Source: Podarcis filfolensis
Lineage: Eukaryota
Reading direction: 5' to 3' (one strand)
Assembly (NCBI GenBank): GCA_964270895.1
Contig: OZ185437.1
Length of the DNA stretch: 64,000 nucleotides
In this document: in pieces, positions 60,592-64,000 of the stretch
Layout: each line of letters opens with the position of its first letter
Numbering within the stretch: the first letter of the stretch is position 1
Position numbers and translations under genes: made by a program
The notes under the pieces: model-generated
Database searches by the model: none
The model's input: the letters and a program-made list of their open reading frames with translations, nothing else
Told to the model about the DNA's origin: nothing

Positions 60592-62529
60592 TGTTAACAA
60601 ATGTTCCATCTGTGCAGCATATCAGCTTGCCAGATGGAACGATCCCACCTTCCTTCTCCATGTGTTGTTCTGGGTTTCTCCTGACCCCCCCCCCCCGAGC
60701 TTACTTCAGGGGGTGCACAGGGGGAGTGGAGAAGCCCCTTGTACAAGCAGAAACCCTAGTGTAGAGCTTCAACTGATGGAGTTCATTAGGAGAATCCTGC
60801 TCTATATGTCTAGACAAGGCTTAGAACTATTCTCTCTGGCACCTTTGGTAACGTGTAGGATGTTATTGTATGGAGGGAACAATTAATAGTTATTTATCTG
60901 AACATATTATATAGACTGTAGATATTATAGCAGTGTATAATATAAATTATTTTATAATATAAAAATTATAAAATATTATAAAATAATAATACAAACAAGA
61001 CAGATTAAAATTGTTTTCTTAATTTGGTTACCACTTTAGTATTTTATTCTTGTTCTTTTTATTATAACAGCTTCTGTAAACTTTGAAAATCAAGAAAACA
61101 CATTTTTTTGAATAAACAAACAAACCCCAAAGTCTCCAAAATAAGGAGTCCATACCTGCAATTCAAATAGTGCAGTCTAGGTTTATCATATCGTCTGCTG
61201 CTTTGAGAACTAGGATTATTTTTAGATGTAAGAAGGTAAACAGCAAACAATTTATGTTCAGCTGAGAGTTATTATATTGTAGAGTACTAGAAGTCCTAAG
61301 CAAGACTGTTCCTTGCCATTCTACAATGTAGTAGGAAATACTGAATCTTAATCTGATCAGAACTTTACTTGGTCAAATAGTGTATCTCAGCTGTATTGCT
61401 AGCAGTATGATGGTGCTAAAGCACACTTCAAGAAATAACAATTGCCTCCAGTTGATAGGTCCAGCAAAAGGCAAGCAATGTATAAATACTATTTTCCATC
61501 ATGAAAATGTCACTGAGCTCTGTATGAATATTGTAGGTCACCTTCAACAAAAATGTAGTGTACCTATTCTTGATATACTTGTACATCACTTTACATAAAG
61601 CTGTTAGTGTGCAAATAAAGCCTTTTTCTGCTTTGAAAAGTGAAATATTTCTGGAACTAGAGTCCATTACCCTACCCTTTTTCTCTGCTGTGACTTGAAA
61701 ATTAGCCTATTCATTTGCTTCATGGTGTCTGACATTTGTTTCCTTCCTGTTTGTTTCCTTGTACTTGCATAATGATTGACTTTTGAAACTCAGTCAACAG
61801 CGTTTAAACTATTCTTTGCCTTAAAAGATGACACACAAGCTGTTGCTACTTCCAGAATTCATAGCCCTGTTATTAAACACACACACAATGTCTGTCTTGC
61901 AATTTTTGTACCAGAATATGAACATTTGAAAAAATTCTATGGAGACTTCAAATTGAAACTAGCCTACCTTCTTAATGCTCAAACAAAGTTGAAAATCTCT
62001 CTGTCTGAACCATTTAAACTCTGCATCTTCCTTTTTTAGCTGGTCCTGAGATTTAATGGCTTCTCAGGGAAGCTGCAGCTTACTGAATTACTTCAAACAA
62101 TCAAACTTCCAAGCAAATGGCACAAAAGTGCAGCATACTAACAATGCAGGTGTTGACTTAGCCTGCTGGTTTAATTTTTGTGATTTTTCCTCAAGGTAGA
62201 TAATCTGTGCAAGTTGTTGGCACAGAGTGTTTGTACTACTTGAGTAGAATAAGCACATAGAAGCTTTGGAGGTCTATGCTTGATTTTAATAATCAGACTG
62301 AGGCGTGTCTGTGTTCCTTATGACACTTAGAAATGTTATGTTTAATGCTCCTTTGTTTCACTTTGTGCTGTGGCAGGTAAATAGGTAAATAGTATCGATG
62401 GGTTTCCTGCACACAGCAGCAGGCAAAGTGTTTGATTGAGAAGTAGGGTGGTGTAGGAGTTGGAAACTTCCACTGGCCCAGTTCTCTGAGGTAATCTGCT
62501 ACGGTTACCTTGTTCAACCTACATTTTAC

Positions 62530-63560
62530 CAGCCTTAATGGAATCAAGATACGCTATGTCCACAGCATTCCCCTGATCCATCAAGCTTGTAACTCCATAA
62601 AAAAAGAAGAAATTAGATTTATTTGGCATGACTTATTTTTGAAAAACCCATGCTGGGTCTTAGTAATCACAGCATCCTTTGCTAAGTGCTCACAGATGGA
62701 CTGTTTAATTATTTGTTCTAGGACTTTTTCTGGTATCGTTGTCAAGCTCACCAGTCTTAGTTACCCGTGTCTTCTCCACACACACACACTTTTTGAAGAT
62801 GGGGACAACATTTCCCCGCCTCCAGGCTGCAGGGACATCACCTGTTCTCCATTCTCAAAGATTATCGACAGAGGCTCTCAGATTAAATCCTCAAGCTCCT
62901 TTAGTATCATTGGGAGCAGCTCATTAAGTGCATCAGGTTGTTTACATTCATTTAAAGTAGCTAGGTCTTCCCTCACCACCTCTTTTCCTATCTTGCACTG
63001 CAGTTCCCTTATTGCATTGTTTATTCTGTTATCACCAAGTTGAGCAGTGCTTTCCTTTTGGGTGATGCCTCCTACTTTTCTTTCTCATTGGAATTGTCTG
63101 CATTTGTGCCTTCAGTATTTCACCTTTTAAGAAACTTCCATCCATTTTTGGATTCCCTTCTCTTTGAGTATTTCTGACCATAGGCGCTCACCCAGTAGTT
63201 CCTTAAGCTTTTTGAAACTGGTCTTCTTAAAAGTCCAGACTGCATGTGTGACTACACTTAGCTTTCCCTTGCCTCTGCATCACAAAACCCAAGAGGACAT
63301 GATCACTTCGTCAATTAGATCCTCTCTGTTGGCAAAGGCCAAGTGCAAGATAGATGGCTCCTTTGTTGCTTCTTCCTTCTTCTGGGAAATGAAATTATCA
63401 GTGAGGCAAGGGAGGAATTTGTTGGACCTTACATTATTGGCAGAGTTTGAGTTCCAAAAGATGGGGCAGTTGAAGTCTCCCATGACTCCAATATCTCTCC
63501 TTTTAAAGTGTTTGGTAATCTGTTGTTTGGTATGTTGAATATTTGGTAATTTGTCTGGAT
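62530..63560 (-). mobile_element. CR1 LINE ORF2 fragment (APE endonuclease and start of RT), decayed
   Basis: VMGDFNCPIFWNS...RSNKFLPCLTDNFISQ...NREDLIDEV (ORF 63280-63615), then WRRGNVVPIFKK, TKTQHGF and VTSLMDQGNAVDIAYLD on the minus strand, with stops and frameshifts. Confidence 0.9.
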
Positions 63561-64000
63561 CTGCTCCACAGTTCCTACTGGGAAAGTGATGGGAAGAATA
63601 CAAGGTTGTTACCAAAGCCTTCTTACCCAGTAGAAGTGCTTCTTGCCCAGTAACAGCCCTTGTGCTGCCTGATGAAATTTCAGAAATCCATCTACATTTT
63701 CAATCTTAAATTATCTTCGGTTGTAAGGGTGAGAGATGAGTTTCATTTTAAAAGAAATGTTACAGAAGAAAGTCATGGAGATATTTACTGTAGTGGTTAA
63801 AAATGGAAGCTCTGAATTAGAAGACAACATTGGTCTGTTTCAGAGAGAGAGGCTCCTCCAGTAGCGTTGAGATGAGACTAAGTAGTATATGTTTACTTGG
63901 AGAGTATATCTATTCCTTATTGGGTTTTGGTAGGGGATTAGTGTAATTGAATTGTTCTCTTCTGAACTATAACGTTTCCCCACTTCAGCCTTTCAGATAC

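Larger units (their letters stand above)
23484..64000 (+). other. ZFAND3: ZFAND3 intron 1 (more than 40.5 kb, continues beyond the window)
   Basis: Begins GTGAGT; the expected next exon (SSKTMNLCSKCFA) was not found by eye in the rest of the window. Confidence 0.75.

Noticed and set aside
61459-61500. AG|GTCCAGCAAA resembling the start of ZFAND3 exon 2
   Set aside because: Continues SSKRQAM instead of SSKTMNLCSKCF and has no polypyrimidine tract.
62510-63538. Plus-strand ORFs of 177 and 124 aa
   Set aside because: Antisense shadows of CR1 ORF2.
63669-63686. CTGATGA...GAAA hammerhead-like core (also CTGATGA at 15982)
   Set aside because: The intervening bases cannot form stem II and no stems I/III are evident.

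Overview
Vertebrate genomic DNA, most likely a squamate and probably a lacertid lizard; this is inferred from the repeat content (Sauria SINE, tRNA/CORE SINEs, CR1, L2, RTE, L1, Penelope, hAT and Tc1/mariner MITEs). Only one host coding sequence is recognisable: coding exon 1 of ZFAND3 (23413-23483, +; MGDAGSERSKAPSLPPRCPCGFW-G). It lies in a CpG island (~22.6-23.9 kb) and is followed by an intron that runs past the window end; I could not find exon 2. Everything else I can support is transposable-element sequence, often nested, with readable target-site duplications (TSDs). There are no CRISPR arrays, rRNA or true tRNA genes. I found no well-supported new biological system. The best leads are: (i) two nested solo-LTR-like elements whose + strand frames are both open from base 2 of the LTR; (ii) an unidentified, strongly GC3-biased coding-like fragment next to a DNA-transposon arm at ~20.0-20.4 kb; (iii) a MITE carrying an ETS+NRF1 module resembling one in the ZFAND3 promoter; (iv) a candidate spliced divergent transcript; (v) inverted MITE pairs in the intron; (vi) decayed Penelope hammerhead-ribozyme cores; (vii) a DIRS recombinase relic; (viii) a 50-bp retroposon micro-insertion with a perfect 12-bp TSD. 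Repeat family names come from recalled consensus features, not database searches. Boundaries without TSDs are approximate.
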